From Candidatus Poseidoniales archaeon (lineage in GTDB: Archaea; Thermoplasmatota; Poseidoniia; MGIII; CG-Epi1), in assembly GCA_045567855.1 (NCBI GenBank), contig JBJLCC010000037.1:34625-98624 (forward strand): a stretch of 64,000 nt of DNA. Reading direction: 5' to 3'. The notes under the pieces were generated by a model. The model did no database searches. It was not told where the DNA came from and was given only the letters and a program-made list of their open reading frames with translations. This document shows positions 14,847 through 23,243 of this stretch, one piece after another. Each line of letters opens with the position of its first letter. The first letter of the stretch is position 1. The position numbers and the translations under genes were made by a program.

Positions 14847-15146
14847 TTATTTCTCTTCTTTATCATCATCAAAATAAGACTGCACTCTATCTATTTCCTT
14901 TTCAACTCTTTCATTCAAAGTTACTGCAAATTTCGCTAATGCCATTACTAATATTGTTACAGCAATTGCACTGATATACATACCTTGTAGTGTTCCGTCA
15001 TCGGTGTTGGGTAGCATATACTCAACTGTAGCAATAATTGTGTCTTTCCACACTAGAGCCACAACAAGACCAAAAGCAGTCATTACAGAGGATAATACTA
15101 TGCCTCTTACATTTAATTTTTCAACATTTTCTTTAAAGTCACTCAT
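14847..15146 (-). CDS. Small 2-TM membrane protein (DUF5654-like)
   Basis: TAFGLVVALVWKDTI...YISAIAVT pattern. Start taken at ATG 15146. Confidence 0.75.
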   Translation of the reverse strand: MSDFKENVEKLNVRGIVLSSVMTAFGLVVALVWKDTIIATVEYMLPNTDDGTLQGMYISAIAVTILVMALAKFAVTLNERVEKEIDRVQSYFDDDKEEK

Positions 15147-15393
15147 TTTTTTCCTCAACAATATTTCTCTCTTTAAGCTTTATATTATAAACTGAGAAAA
15201 TGAATAAATCTGGATTTTCTTTTATCCTATCAACACATGAACCGCACATAGGTTGTATGAAACCTTGGTTCTCATCATGTTTATGTCTCAAGTCTCCTTC
15301 ATAACAATGTGAAACTAAGTATTCAGCTTCTGAAGGTTGATTTAACTTTGTTGGAGTTATTCCATGAACATCGATACACATTCTGCAATACAT
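15139..15393 (-). CDS. Hypothetical 84-aa protein with two CxxC motifs (putative Zn-binding)
   Basis: MYCRMC...MCGSC. Overlaps the downstream gene by 8 bp. Confidence 0.65.
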   Translation of the reverse strand: MYCRMCIDVHGITPTKLNQPSEAEYLVSHCYEGDLRHKHDENQGFIQPMCGSCVDRIKENPDLFIFSVYNIKLKERNIVEEKNE

Positions 15394-15445
15394 AATATAC
15401 CATTTGAAATAGTAGAAATGCGGTATTATAGTTATGCCGATTAAT

Positions 15446-15453
15446 TTTATATA
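15446..15453 (+). promoter_or_regulatory. TATA box of the Sec61-beta gene (leaderless spacing)
   Basis: TTTATATA starts 29 nt before ATG 15475. Confidence 0.6.
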
Positions 15454-15474
15454 AGAGTGGCGAGTCGAAAAACT

Positions 15475-15720
15475 ATGGCAAAAGAAAAGAAGACACAAGG
15501 TTTTCAGTCAGCAGCAGGACTTATTAGGTATTTTGACGCTGAAGACAGTAATGCCATTCAAATCTCCAGATGGGGTGTAATGTTAGCTTGTATTCTAGCA
15601 ATTGTTGTCGTAGAGCTTTCAGAAGCGCTTGGTAGAGAAACAGGAGTTTATGCTCTCGCAGTTGGAGTAGTTATTTTAATTCTTAATGAAATAAGAAATA
15701 GTCGTTCCGGTTCTGTATAA
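15475..15720 (+). CDS. secG: Preprotein translocase subunit Sec61-beta (SecG-like) with an extra C-terminal TM
   Basis: GFQSAAGLIRYFD..D...I.I signature followed by a TM. Confidence 0.85.
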   Translation: MAKEKKTQGFQSAAGLIRYFDAEDSNAIQISRWGVMLACILAIVVVELSEALGRETGVYALAVGVVILILNEIRNSRSGSV

Positions 15721-15741
15721 TTTTATTAACGTTTTTCTAAA

Positions 15742-16971
15742 TTGGATATTATGAAGCTTTGCGATTATTGTGGTTTTGTGATAAAGGATAGTGACGCAAA
15801 GTGTTCGAACTGCAGTATGACGGTTGCAGGCCGGGAATCTATGCAGGTACAGCCCAATTTAGTTTCTTCTCCAAAGAAAGTACAATCGCAGATACCATCA
15901 CGTACAATTTCTAGCTATATTCCTAAGAAGTTTATAGCAATTTTACTAGTTATAGGTCTATTTTCTTCACCTCAAGCTCAAACTTTACTGAATGATGGCT
16001 TAAATTATTGGGATGAATTAAATACTCCATATTACACAATTCCTGAAAAAATTACGTTAACCTATAATCGTAATTTTGAAATATATGTAGAGGAAGGAGA
16101 TGAAGTAGAGTATACCTTAACACTTAGTATTCCAGAGAGTCGTCCATCAGGTTCACAGACAGACATCATTAATTGGCAAACGATAGATAACTTGCAAGTT
16201 TCTCCAGCATATAATCTTACGCCGGAAGGCAGAATGGAATGGCGAAATAATCTTACGGGAGATGATAGAGACTTCATTAGTTTAGAATATACAGCTACGA
16301 TTAGTATTATACGCCCAGAGTTAAAAATATCAGATTCAGGTCTCGTAAGTGACATTCCAGATGATTATGATTTATATCTCCAAGATGAATGGTTAATTGA
16401 GCCCAGTAATGAAGATGTTCAAAGTTTGGCTAATCAATTGTCCAACGGAACAAATGGAAATGTAATTATGATACTGAAAAATATATTTGATTACATAGAG
16501 GAAAACTACAGGTATCAAAAATCTTCAATCCCTAAAAGTTGTCAAGATACGATAGTAGGTAGAGTAGGAGACTGCGATGATTTTTCAATATTATTTAGCT
16601 CAATCGCGAGGGCTGCAGGAATTCCAGCTTGGCTAGAATTAGGTATAATTCCAGCTTTTATTGATACAAGTGAAGCTTGTGATCTACGTGATTGGGGAGG
16701 ACATGCCTGGGTTAACGCTTTTGTTCCTCTAAATGATGGAACTTCAACAGTAGTAAGTATTGATCTAGCAAATTCTTATTTTATGTGGATGCCTCCATAC
16801 AGGATATCAGATTGGGTTGATAATGGAAATGGAGAAGATTTAGATTCTTATTATTATTTATTTAGTAGCAAAGGGATTAACTCCCAAGCCACCTACAAAG
16901 AAAATTCGTATGTATCTGCATGTGAGGTCCAAGGTGAGGTAAAACTTACAGATCTTGAGTTAGATTTATGA
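15742..16971 (+). CDS. Membrane-anchored transglutaminase-like protein with N-terminal Zn ribbon
   Basis: CDYC...CSNC, then a TM, then GDCDDFS (Cys), GHAW (His), SID (Asp). Confidence 0.85.
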   Translation: MDIMKLCDYCGFVIKDSDAKCSNCSMTVAGRESMQVQPNLVSSPKKVQSQIPSRTISSYIPKKFIAILLVIGLFSSPQAQTLLNDGLNYWDELNTPYYTIPEKITLTYNRNFEIYVEEGDEVEYTLTLSIPESRPSGSQTDIINWQTIDNLQVSPAYNLTPEGRMEWRNNLTGDDRDFISLEYTATISIIRPELKISDSGLVSDIPDDYDLYLQDEWLIEPSNEDVQSLANQLSNGTNGNVIMILKNIFDYIEENYRYQKSSIPKSCQDTIVGRVGDCDDFSILFSSIARAAGIPAWLELGIIPAFIDTSEACDLRDWGGHAWVNAFVPLNDGTSTVVSIDLANSYFMWMPPYRISDWVDNGNGEDLDSYYYLFSSKGINSQATYKENSYVSACEVQGEVKLTDLELDL

Positions 16972-17399
16972 ATGTAGATAGTTTCATTGAAAAAGATTTG
17001 GATAACTTGATGCTTTTTTTAGATAAGAATGTAACTGAGAATTATGATAAAAAGGTTTTTCTTACAATAAAAAATCGTTGGCCAGAAGGTTTTTTAATTA
17101 TCAAAAAAAATGACGAAATTATTGGAGTTTCTTGTGGAGCCATTCAACCGAATTTAAAACTTAGAATTCTGATAATTGCATTGGATAAAAGCTACAGAAG
17201 AAGAGGTTACGGTAAAAAACTTTTAAATATGATGGTTGAAAGAAGTTTAGTTTACGGAGTAAAAAAAGTAACACTTGAAGTGAGAAAAGATTCTTCAGCC
17301 ATATCTTTTTACCGTAATTTAAATTTTTCCAGCGTGGATGTGCTGCCATGTTATTATCAAGATGGCTGTGATGGAATTGTAATGGAGAAGCTAATTTAG
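16968..17399 (+). CDS. GNAT N-acetyltransferase (RimI/Ard1-like)
   Basis: YRRRGYGKKLL, LEVR, A..FY, YYQDG.DG..M. Confidence 0.85.
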   Translation: MNVDSFIEKDLDNLMLFLDKNVTENYDKKVFLTIKNRWPEGFLIIKKNDEIIGVSCGAIQPNLKLRILIIALDKSYRRRGYGKKLLNMMVERSLVYGVKKVTLEVRKDSSAISFYRNLNFSSVDVLPCYYQDGCDGIVMEKLI

Positions 17400-17422
17400 C
17401 TTTAATTCAGTTCAAGGCAATC

Positions 17423-17430
17423 TTTTTATA
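17423..17430 (+). promoter_or_regulatory. Probable TATA box of tfb
   Basis: TTTTTATA preceded by a purine-rich BRE-like stretch, 47 nt upstream of the ATG. Confidence 0.5.
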
Positions 17431-17469
17431 CACCCCTGAATCCACAAGCTCCCAATTGGGGAAAAAACC

Positions 17470-18405
17470 ATGGCAGACAAAAACGACGACGGTAATGTTG
17501 ATGAAGTGACGGCTTGTCCAGATTGTAAGGGGACGCATTTGAAAAGAGACTATGATCATGCCGAAATTGTTTGCGCAGATTGTGGTTTGGTTTTAGAGGA
17601 TAACATAGTAGATACAGGCCCAGAATGGAGAGCTTTTGATATGCAGCAAGAAAATGCTCTTGCCAGGGCAGGTCCTCCTATGTCGACCACTTTGCCAGAC
17701 AAAGGCTTATCGACTGAAATTTCACCTACTAACAGAGATTATTATGGTAGATCAATCTCCAATAAAAATCAGTCAATGCTGTTTAGAATGAGAAAATGGC
17801 AGAGACGTGCAAGAGCTTCTAAATCAGCCGAAAGAAACATGGCAGTAGCTATGCGCGAAATGCAGGCTGTTGCAACCAATTTAAAATTACCAAGAAGGAT
17901 TCAAGAAACTGCAGCCTTCATTTACAGAAGAGCTATACAAGAGCAATCACTAAGTGGTCGAGCAATTGAGATGGTAGCTTGTGCGGCTCTTTATGCAGCA
18001 TGTAGGCAGGAAGGAGTGCCTCGAACCCTCACTGAGATCAGTAGGCATAGCCGTTATTCAAGAAAAGAGATATCTAGAACTTATCAAGTAATGGTTAAAG
18101 CTCTAAAAATGCATTCTATGCCTCCTTTACCAGAGGATTATTTACCTCGAATTTGTTCTAAGTTAGAGTTGTCTCCTAAGGTAGAAGGTGCTGCGAGAGA
18201 TTTGCTTAGAGCCGCACAAGATGTTCCATTGACTAATTCAGTTCCGATTTCACTTGCAGCTGCAGCAGTTTACATAGCATCTATTGTAAATAACGAAAGA
18301 AGAAAGCAGAAAGATGTTGCAAGAGCTGCAGATTTAACTGAAGTTACAATTAGAAGTAGATACAAGGAAATGGCTCAATTTTTGAACATAGATATACATA
18401 TCTAA
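17470..18405 (+). CDS. tfb: Transcription initiation factor IIB (TFB)
   Basis: CPDC...CADCG Zn ribbon, DTGPEWRAF B-reader, cyclin repeats, TEVTIRSRYKE. Confidence 0.97.
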   Translation: MADKNDDGNVDEVTACPDCKGTHLKRDYDHAEIVCADCGLVLEDNIVDTGPEWRAFDMQQENALARAGPPMSTTLPDKGLSTEISPTNRDYYGRSISNKNQSMLFRMRKWQRRARASKSAERNMAVAMREMQAVATNLKLPRRIQETAAFIYRRAIQEQSLSGRAIEMVACAALYAACRQEGVPRTLTEISRHSRYSRKEISRTYQVMVKALKMHSMPPLPEDYLPRICSKLELSPKVEGAARDLLRAAQDVPLTNSVPISLAAAAVYIASIVNNERRKQKDVARAADLTEVTIRSRYKEMAQFLNIDIHI

Positions 18406-18409
18406 TTTA

Positions 18410-18997
18410 ATGATAGATCAGGCTATCTACAGACGTTTCAATCATACTGTTGCTTCTTGTTTTGTAATATATTTTCTTTTTCCAGAGTATATACTGGGTG
18501 TTGGTAGATTATATTTTGTTATTGTGTTTTGGCTTAGTATAGTATCAATTGAATATTTTAGACTATCTGGAGTTTTCGCATTAGATGGGATGAGAGAATA
18601 TGAAAGTAACAGGGTTGCCGGTTTTGTCTGGTTTGCATCCGGAACTTGTATAATCTTATTTTTTTATGAAATAGGTGTATTCCCCGAAATATTTGCAGTT
18701 TCAACTATCATAATGGCTTCACTTGTTGACCCTCTAATAGGAGAATGTAACAAAAAGTATGGAGACTTACAGGGTTTTTTTGCAGGATTTATTGCTAGTG
18801 TGTTGATTTATCAACTTATTATTGGATCTTTATTCTATTCGCTAATAGGTGGGCTAGTGGCAGTTTTAGTCGAAAGACCTAAATTCAAATGGTTAGACGA
18901 TGATTTGTTAATGCAAATTTTCCCTATATTAATTATGACAATTTTTTATGTGTCTGGATTAGGTCCAGACTTACCAGTTTCTCTAGGGGGTGATTAA
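18410..18997 (+). CDS. Dolichol/phytol kinase-like (CTP-transferase family) membrane protein
   Basis: RRFNH, EYFRL, REYE..RVAG, DPLIG, LDDDL; multiple TMs. Confidence 0.7.
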   Translation: MIDQAIYRRFNHTVASCFVIYFLFPEYILGVGRLYFVIVFWLSIVSIEYFRLSGVFALDGMREYESNRVAGFVWFASGTCIILFFYEIGVFPEIFAVSTIIMASLVDPLIGECNKKYGDLQGFFAGFIASVLIYQLIIGSLFYSLIGGLVAVLVERPKFKWLDDDLLMQIFPILIMTIFYVSGLGPDLPVSLGGD

Positions 18998-19165
18998 ATA
19001 GAATTTACTAAATTTTACATTGGAATTTTGTACACAGTACTGATTATTTGCTCAATTGTATTTTACTTAAATAATTATTATATCATAGCTTCCTTATTGG
19101 TTCTCGGTAATATGTTGCCAGGCTATAAATTAGCGTTATCATTGATGGTGAAGCATGAAGATTAA
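18998..19165 (+). CDS. Putative 55-aa two-TM mini-protein with non-canonical ATA start
   Basis: Open frame IEFTKFYIGILYTVLIICSIVFYLNNYYIIASLLVLGNMLPGYKLALSLMVKHED fills the gap. GGGGGTGA SD-like site just upstream; overlaps the next gene by 11 bp. Confidence 0.5.
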   Translation: MEFTKFYIGILYTVLIICSIVFYLNNYYIIASLLVLGNMLPGYKLALSLMVKHED

Positions 19166-20252
19166 TTACAAAAACAGATGGGATAATATTCAAAGTAGTC
19201 TTGGCGAAATGGATGCATTTGTGTCTGCACTACCAGGTAATACAAGATATCTCGCTAACTCTGGTTCTCCTCCAGGGAGCCCTCCAAGTTCAACAATGAA
19301 TTACGTTATTATTCCGAAGAGAGGAGAGCCCATAGCCATAACTTCATCACTTGAAGAACATAGATGTAGACATGAGTCTTCCGTGAAAGATATAAGATGT
19401 TGGACGACTTACCCCGACATTGAATCAGACGGCAAAAGCTCTTTAGATGTTCTTAAATCGACACTTTTTGACATCAAGGCTAAAAAAGTATTTGCAGATA
19501 CCAAGATAAGGCTCGGTAGATCGTTTGGTATTTCTGTTAGTTCAAAAATAAATAAATTAAGATCAATCAAATCTGAAGAAGAGCTTGATAGAATTAAGAA
19601 AGCTATTAAGCATTCAGATTCTGGGCAATCCTTTGCACATAATTTGGTCGAGTCAGGTGAGGGACTTACAGAGAAGGAGGTTCGATCTGAAATAGATTAT
19701 TTTATGGCAAGAAAGGGAATACAGGAGAATTCATTTGGTACTATCGTTGCTTCAGGCCCTAACTCAGCACATTCTCATCATTCAAATACAGATCGGAAAC
19801 TGGAATTGGGAGATCCAGTTATCTGTGACTTTGGAGTTTTCTGGGACGGATATTGTTCCGACATAACTAGGACTTACTTCGTCGGAGGATCTCCATCGGA
19901 AGATTGGAAAAAAATATATAATATTGTTATGGAAGCTAATAAGAGATCGACTGAAGCTTTGATTCAAGGTAGCACATGTCATAAAGTAGATAAAGCAGGA
20001 CGGGACTTCATAAGAAAGAAAGGATATGGTGCTAATTTTGTACATGGCACTGGACATGGCTTTGGATTAGAGATTCACGAATATCCTTCTGTAACTTATA
20101 AATCTAGAGTTAAAGTTGAAAATTCAATGGCAGTTACTATTGAGCCTGGAATTTATATTCCAGGGAAAGGCGGTATCCGTATAGAGGACGATGTTTTGCC
20201 GCACGGTTCTAATCCTATAGTCTTAACTAAGGCTAAAAAGGAGATATATTAG
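19155..20252 (+). CDS. Xaa-Pro aminopeptidase/dipeptidase (M24B)
   Basis: DFG...GYCSDITRT, HGTGHGFGLEIHE, EPGIY, GIRIED. Confidence 0.92.
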   Translation: MKINYKNRWDNIQSSLGEMDAFVSALPGNTRYLANSGSPPGSPPSSTMNYVIIPKRGEPIAITSSLEEHRCRHESSVKDIRCWTTYPDIESDGKSSLDVLKSTLFDIKAKKVFADTKIRLGRSFGISVSSKINKLRSIKSEEELDRIKKAIKHSDSGQSFAHNLVESGEGLTEKEVRSEIDYFMARKGIQENSFGTIVASGPNSAHSHHSNTDRKLELGDPVICDFGVFWDGYCSDITRTYFVGGSPSEDWKKIYNIVMEANKRSTEALIQGSTCHKVDKAGRDFIRKKGYGANFVHGTGHGFGLEIHEYPSVTYKSRVKVENSMAVTIEPGIYIPGKGGIRIEDDVLPHGSNPIVLTKAKKEIY

Positions 20253-21751
20253 TGTCAGCTGCAAGTTTGGTAGTTAAACGACTTCTTGAAAAGAAGCCAA
20301 AGACTAGGCAAGATATACAACTAATTAAGTTAGAAGTTGCAAGAGAAGAGAAATTCGATGCTATTCCTCCAAATAATCAACTTCTAGCTGAAATAGACGC
20401 TAAAGAAGAACCTGAGTTAGCTAAATTATTAAGAGTAAAGCCAATGCGTACAAGCGCGGGAGTCACTCCCGTTGCAATTATGACTTCGCCAGCCCCTTGC
20501 CCACACGGTACGTGTACTTTTTGCCCTGGAGGGCCAAAGAATGACAGCCCTCAATCATATACTGGGCACGAACCTGCAGCAAGGAGAGGTAAAAGGCACA
20601 ACTACAACTCTAAGTCACAGGTTGAATCAAGATTAGAGCAATACATTAGAAACGGGCATCCTACTGATAAAATAGAAATAATAGTAATGGGAGGTACTTT
20701 TACATCAAGAGCCCCTGACTATCAAGATGAATTTTTAAAGGGAGCATTCTCAACACTTAATGGTAAAGAATTACCTCTTGAAGAGGCACTTCAAGTAAAT
20801 GGCAATGCTAAGCATAAATGTGTAGCCCTAACAATTGAAACTAGGCCAACTGAATGTACACCATGGTCTGTTTTTCAAATGCGAAAGCAGGGAGCCACAC
20901 GAGTTGAGATTGGTGTCCAGTGTTTGGATGATGAGGTACACAGCAAGTTAAATCGAAAACAGCTTGTTGAAGACGTAGTTAAGGCTACGAAATTGCTAAA
21001 AGAAGCCGGTTTGAAAGTTGTCTATCATTTAATGCCAGGATTGCCAGGTATGAATCCTGAGAAAGATTTAAGAGATTTTAAAAGATTATTTGAAGAAGAA
21101 GAGTTTCAACCTGATATGCTGAAGTTATATCCTACTCTTTTGGTCAAAGGTTCAGCTTTGGCCCGTGATCCCGGTGACTTCGTTCCCTATAATACTGAGA
21201 CAGCAGCCAGCTTAATTGCAGACCTTAAAGAGATAGTTCCTCCGTATGTTAGAATACAAAGAATTCAAAGAGATATTCCTAAGCCTCAGATTATAGCAGG
21301 GGTTATGAATTCGAATTTACGGCAATATGCTAGAAGAGAGTTGAAAATAAGAGGTAAGAAGTGTAGCTGTATTAATTGTAGAGAATTGTGGAGAGCTCAG
21401 ATAGACCCTTCAACAGCTGAATTAAAAGAGATTAAGTACAAATCTAGCGGAGGTGACGAATATTTCGTGTCTTTTGAGTCAGGTACCAAACTATTGGGAT
21501 ATTTACGTTTGAGGTTAGATGATAACGCTACAGTTCGTGAGTTAAAAGTAACTGGACAGGCGGCAAATATAGGTAAGACAGGAACAGGTGTCCAACACAT
21601 GGGTTTAGGCAGCAAGTTAATGAAGATAGCTGAAGAAAAAGCCGCAGCTTATTCAAAAATCCGAGTGACACATGGGCCAGGCACACGACTTTATTATGAA
21701 AAATTAGGCTATGAATTAGAAGATTATTACATGGTTAAACACTTGCCTTAG
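20252..21751 (+). CDS. elp3: Elp3 radical SAM/GNAT tRNA U34 carboxymethyltransferase
   Basis: CPHGTCTFCPGG, PQSYTGHEP, GGTF, IETRP, RIQRDIP, VREL, QHMGLG. Confidence 0.95.
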   Translation: MSAASLVVKRLLEKKPKTRQDIQLIKLEVAREEKFDAIPPNNQLLAEIDAKEEPELAKLLRVKPMRTSAGVTPVAIMTSPAPCPHGTCTFCPGGPKNDSPQSYTGHEPAARRGKRHNYNSKSQVESRLEQYIRNGHPTDKIEIIVMGGTFTSRAPDYQDEFLKGAFSTLNGKELPLEEALQVNGNAKHKCVALTIETRPTECTPWSVFQMRKQGATRVEIGVQCLDDEVHSKLNRKQLVEDVVKATKLLKEAGLKVVYHLMPGLPGMNPEKDLRDFKRLFEEEEFQPDMLKLYPTLLVKGSALARDPGDFVPYNTETAASLIADLKEIVPPYVRIQRIQRDIPKPQIIAGVMNSNLRQYARRELKIRGKKCSCINCRELWRAQIDPSTAELKEIKYKSSGGDEYFVSFESGTKLLGYLRLRLDDNATVRELKVTGQAANIGKTGTGVQHMGLGSKLMKIAEEKAAAYSKIRVTHGPGTRLYYEKLGYELEDYYMVKHLP

Positions 21752-21754
21752 TTT

Positions 21755-22675
21755 ATGACCCTATCTAGCTTTAGCCAAGATATTTCCAAAGTTGGTTGGG
21801 ATAGGCACATAGATGTTCTGATTAATAATCACAGAATAGTTCCAACTAAAAAAAACATATATTTATCATTAAAGAAGAAAATTTCTGAAAAGACAGAAGG
21901 TGTTAATTTTGGAGTTCTTTTATCTGGGGGTGTTGATTCGTCTATTATAGCTAAGATATGCAAAGATTTGGGTAGAGAGTTCCGTTGTTTTTGTGTTGGT
22001 ATCAAGGGATCAAAGGATATTTTTTATGCTCGAAAAGTTTCAGACTATTTTAATCTAGATTTAGTTGTTAAAGAATATACTTTAGATGAATTAGAGTTAT
22101 TGTTAAAAGAAGTAATTGATGTTTTACCGATACCAGTTATAGAGGAAGACAATTACATTGAATATATTGTTAAGCTTACAGTTTCAGCAGTCAACTTAGG
22201 TTCTATGAGACTAGGCAGTGAAGAATTATTCTTTACTGGAATTGGCGCTGAAGAACTGTTTGCAGGTTACGAAAGACATTCGAAAGCAATTAAAGGAGGA
22301 GGAACTTGGAGAGGCATAAGAATTGGAGATCTAAAACAGGAGGGTATAAGTGGACTTAAGAGAATGTATAATCTTGTTTTTGAGCGGGATAAATTAATTT
22401 CTTCTTATATTTCAAAATCATTATTAGCTCCTTACTTAGCAGATGAGGTAATTATTCAGGCGATGAATATGAGAGATTCTCAAAAAATTGATTCATTAAG
22501 CAATAAAAAAATTCTTCGCAATATTGCTTTGGACTTAGGGATACCAAAGGAATTTTCTGATCGCAAGAAGAAGGGTGCTCAATACGGAAGTGGGTTCGAT
22601 AAAGCAATATTAAAACTTGCGAAGCTGAACGGTTTTAAGCTTAAAAAAAGATATATTGAAAGCTTGATGAGTTAG
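21755..22675 (+). CDS. Asparagine synthase C-terminal-domain protein (no glutaminase domain)
   Basis: LSGGVDSS PP-loop, TGIGAEELFAGY, ERD, PYL, K.ILR, RKKKGAQYGSG; only 306 aa. Confidence 0.85.
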   Translation: MTLSSFSQDISKVGWDRHIDVLINNHRIVPTKKNIYLSLKKKISEKTEGVNFGVLLSGGVDSSIIAKICKDLGREFRCFCVGIKGSKDIFYARKVSDYFNLDLVVKEYTLDELELLLKEVIDVLPIPVIEEDNYIEYIVKLTVSAVNLGSMRLGSEELFFTGIGAEELFAGYERHSKAIKGGGTWRGIRIGDLKQEGISGLKRMYNLVFERDKLISSYISKSLLAPYLADEVIIQAMNMRDSQKIDSLSNKKILRNIALDLGIPKEFSDRKKKGAQYGSGFDKAILKLAKLNGFKLKKRYIESLMS

Positions 22676-22763
22676 CAAAAAGTTCTTTGTGAATATTTTA
22701 TAAGTAACTATCTTGATAATATATTATGTTACAACACATTTATATCAAAAGAAGTGATGTCTT

Positions 22764-23228
22764 ATGATTGGAGAGTCTGCACCAAATTTTACATTGAAAA
22801 ATACGTCTAAGGAAGATGTATCATTGGCAGATTATGCAGGGAAAAATGTTATTTTAGCATTTTATCCAGGCGCATTTACAGGGGTTTGTGATACTGAGAT
22901 GTGTTCATTTCAAGATAATCTGTCAAAGTTAAATGAATCTAATTCAGATGTAATCGGCATAAGCGTTGATTCTCCATGGGCTAACGCAGAATTTGCATCT
23001 AAGTATAACCTTAATTTTGAATTATTGTCTGACATAGACAGAGAAGTTGTCGATGCATATGATGCAAAATTTGTTGGTCTCGGCGGTATTGAAGGTTACG
23101 AAAGTGCCAATCGAGTAGTTATCGTTATTGATAAAGAAGGTATAGTTAGACACAGGTGGGTTGCTGAAAATCCTGGCGTAGAACCCGATTACGACGAGAT
23201 AGTTTCTTTCGCACAATCACTTAGTTAA
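22764..23228 (+). CDS. Peroxiredoxin (AhpC/TSA family)
   Basis: FYPGAFTGVCDTE, GISVDS, LLSD. Confidence 0.9.
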   Translation: MIGESAPNFTLKNTSKEDVSLADYAGKNVILAFYPGAFTGVCDTEMCSFQDNLSKLNESNSDVIGISVDSPWANAEFASKYNLNFELLSDIDREVVDAYDAKFVGLGGIEGYESANRVVIVIDKEGIVRHRWVAENPGVEPDYDEIVSFAQSLS

Positions 23229-23243
23229 TCTATAAATCTTATC

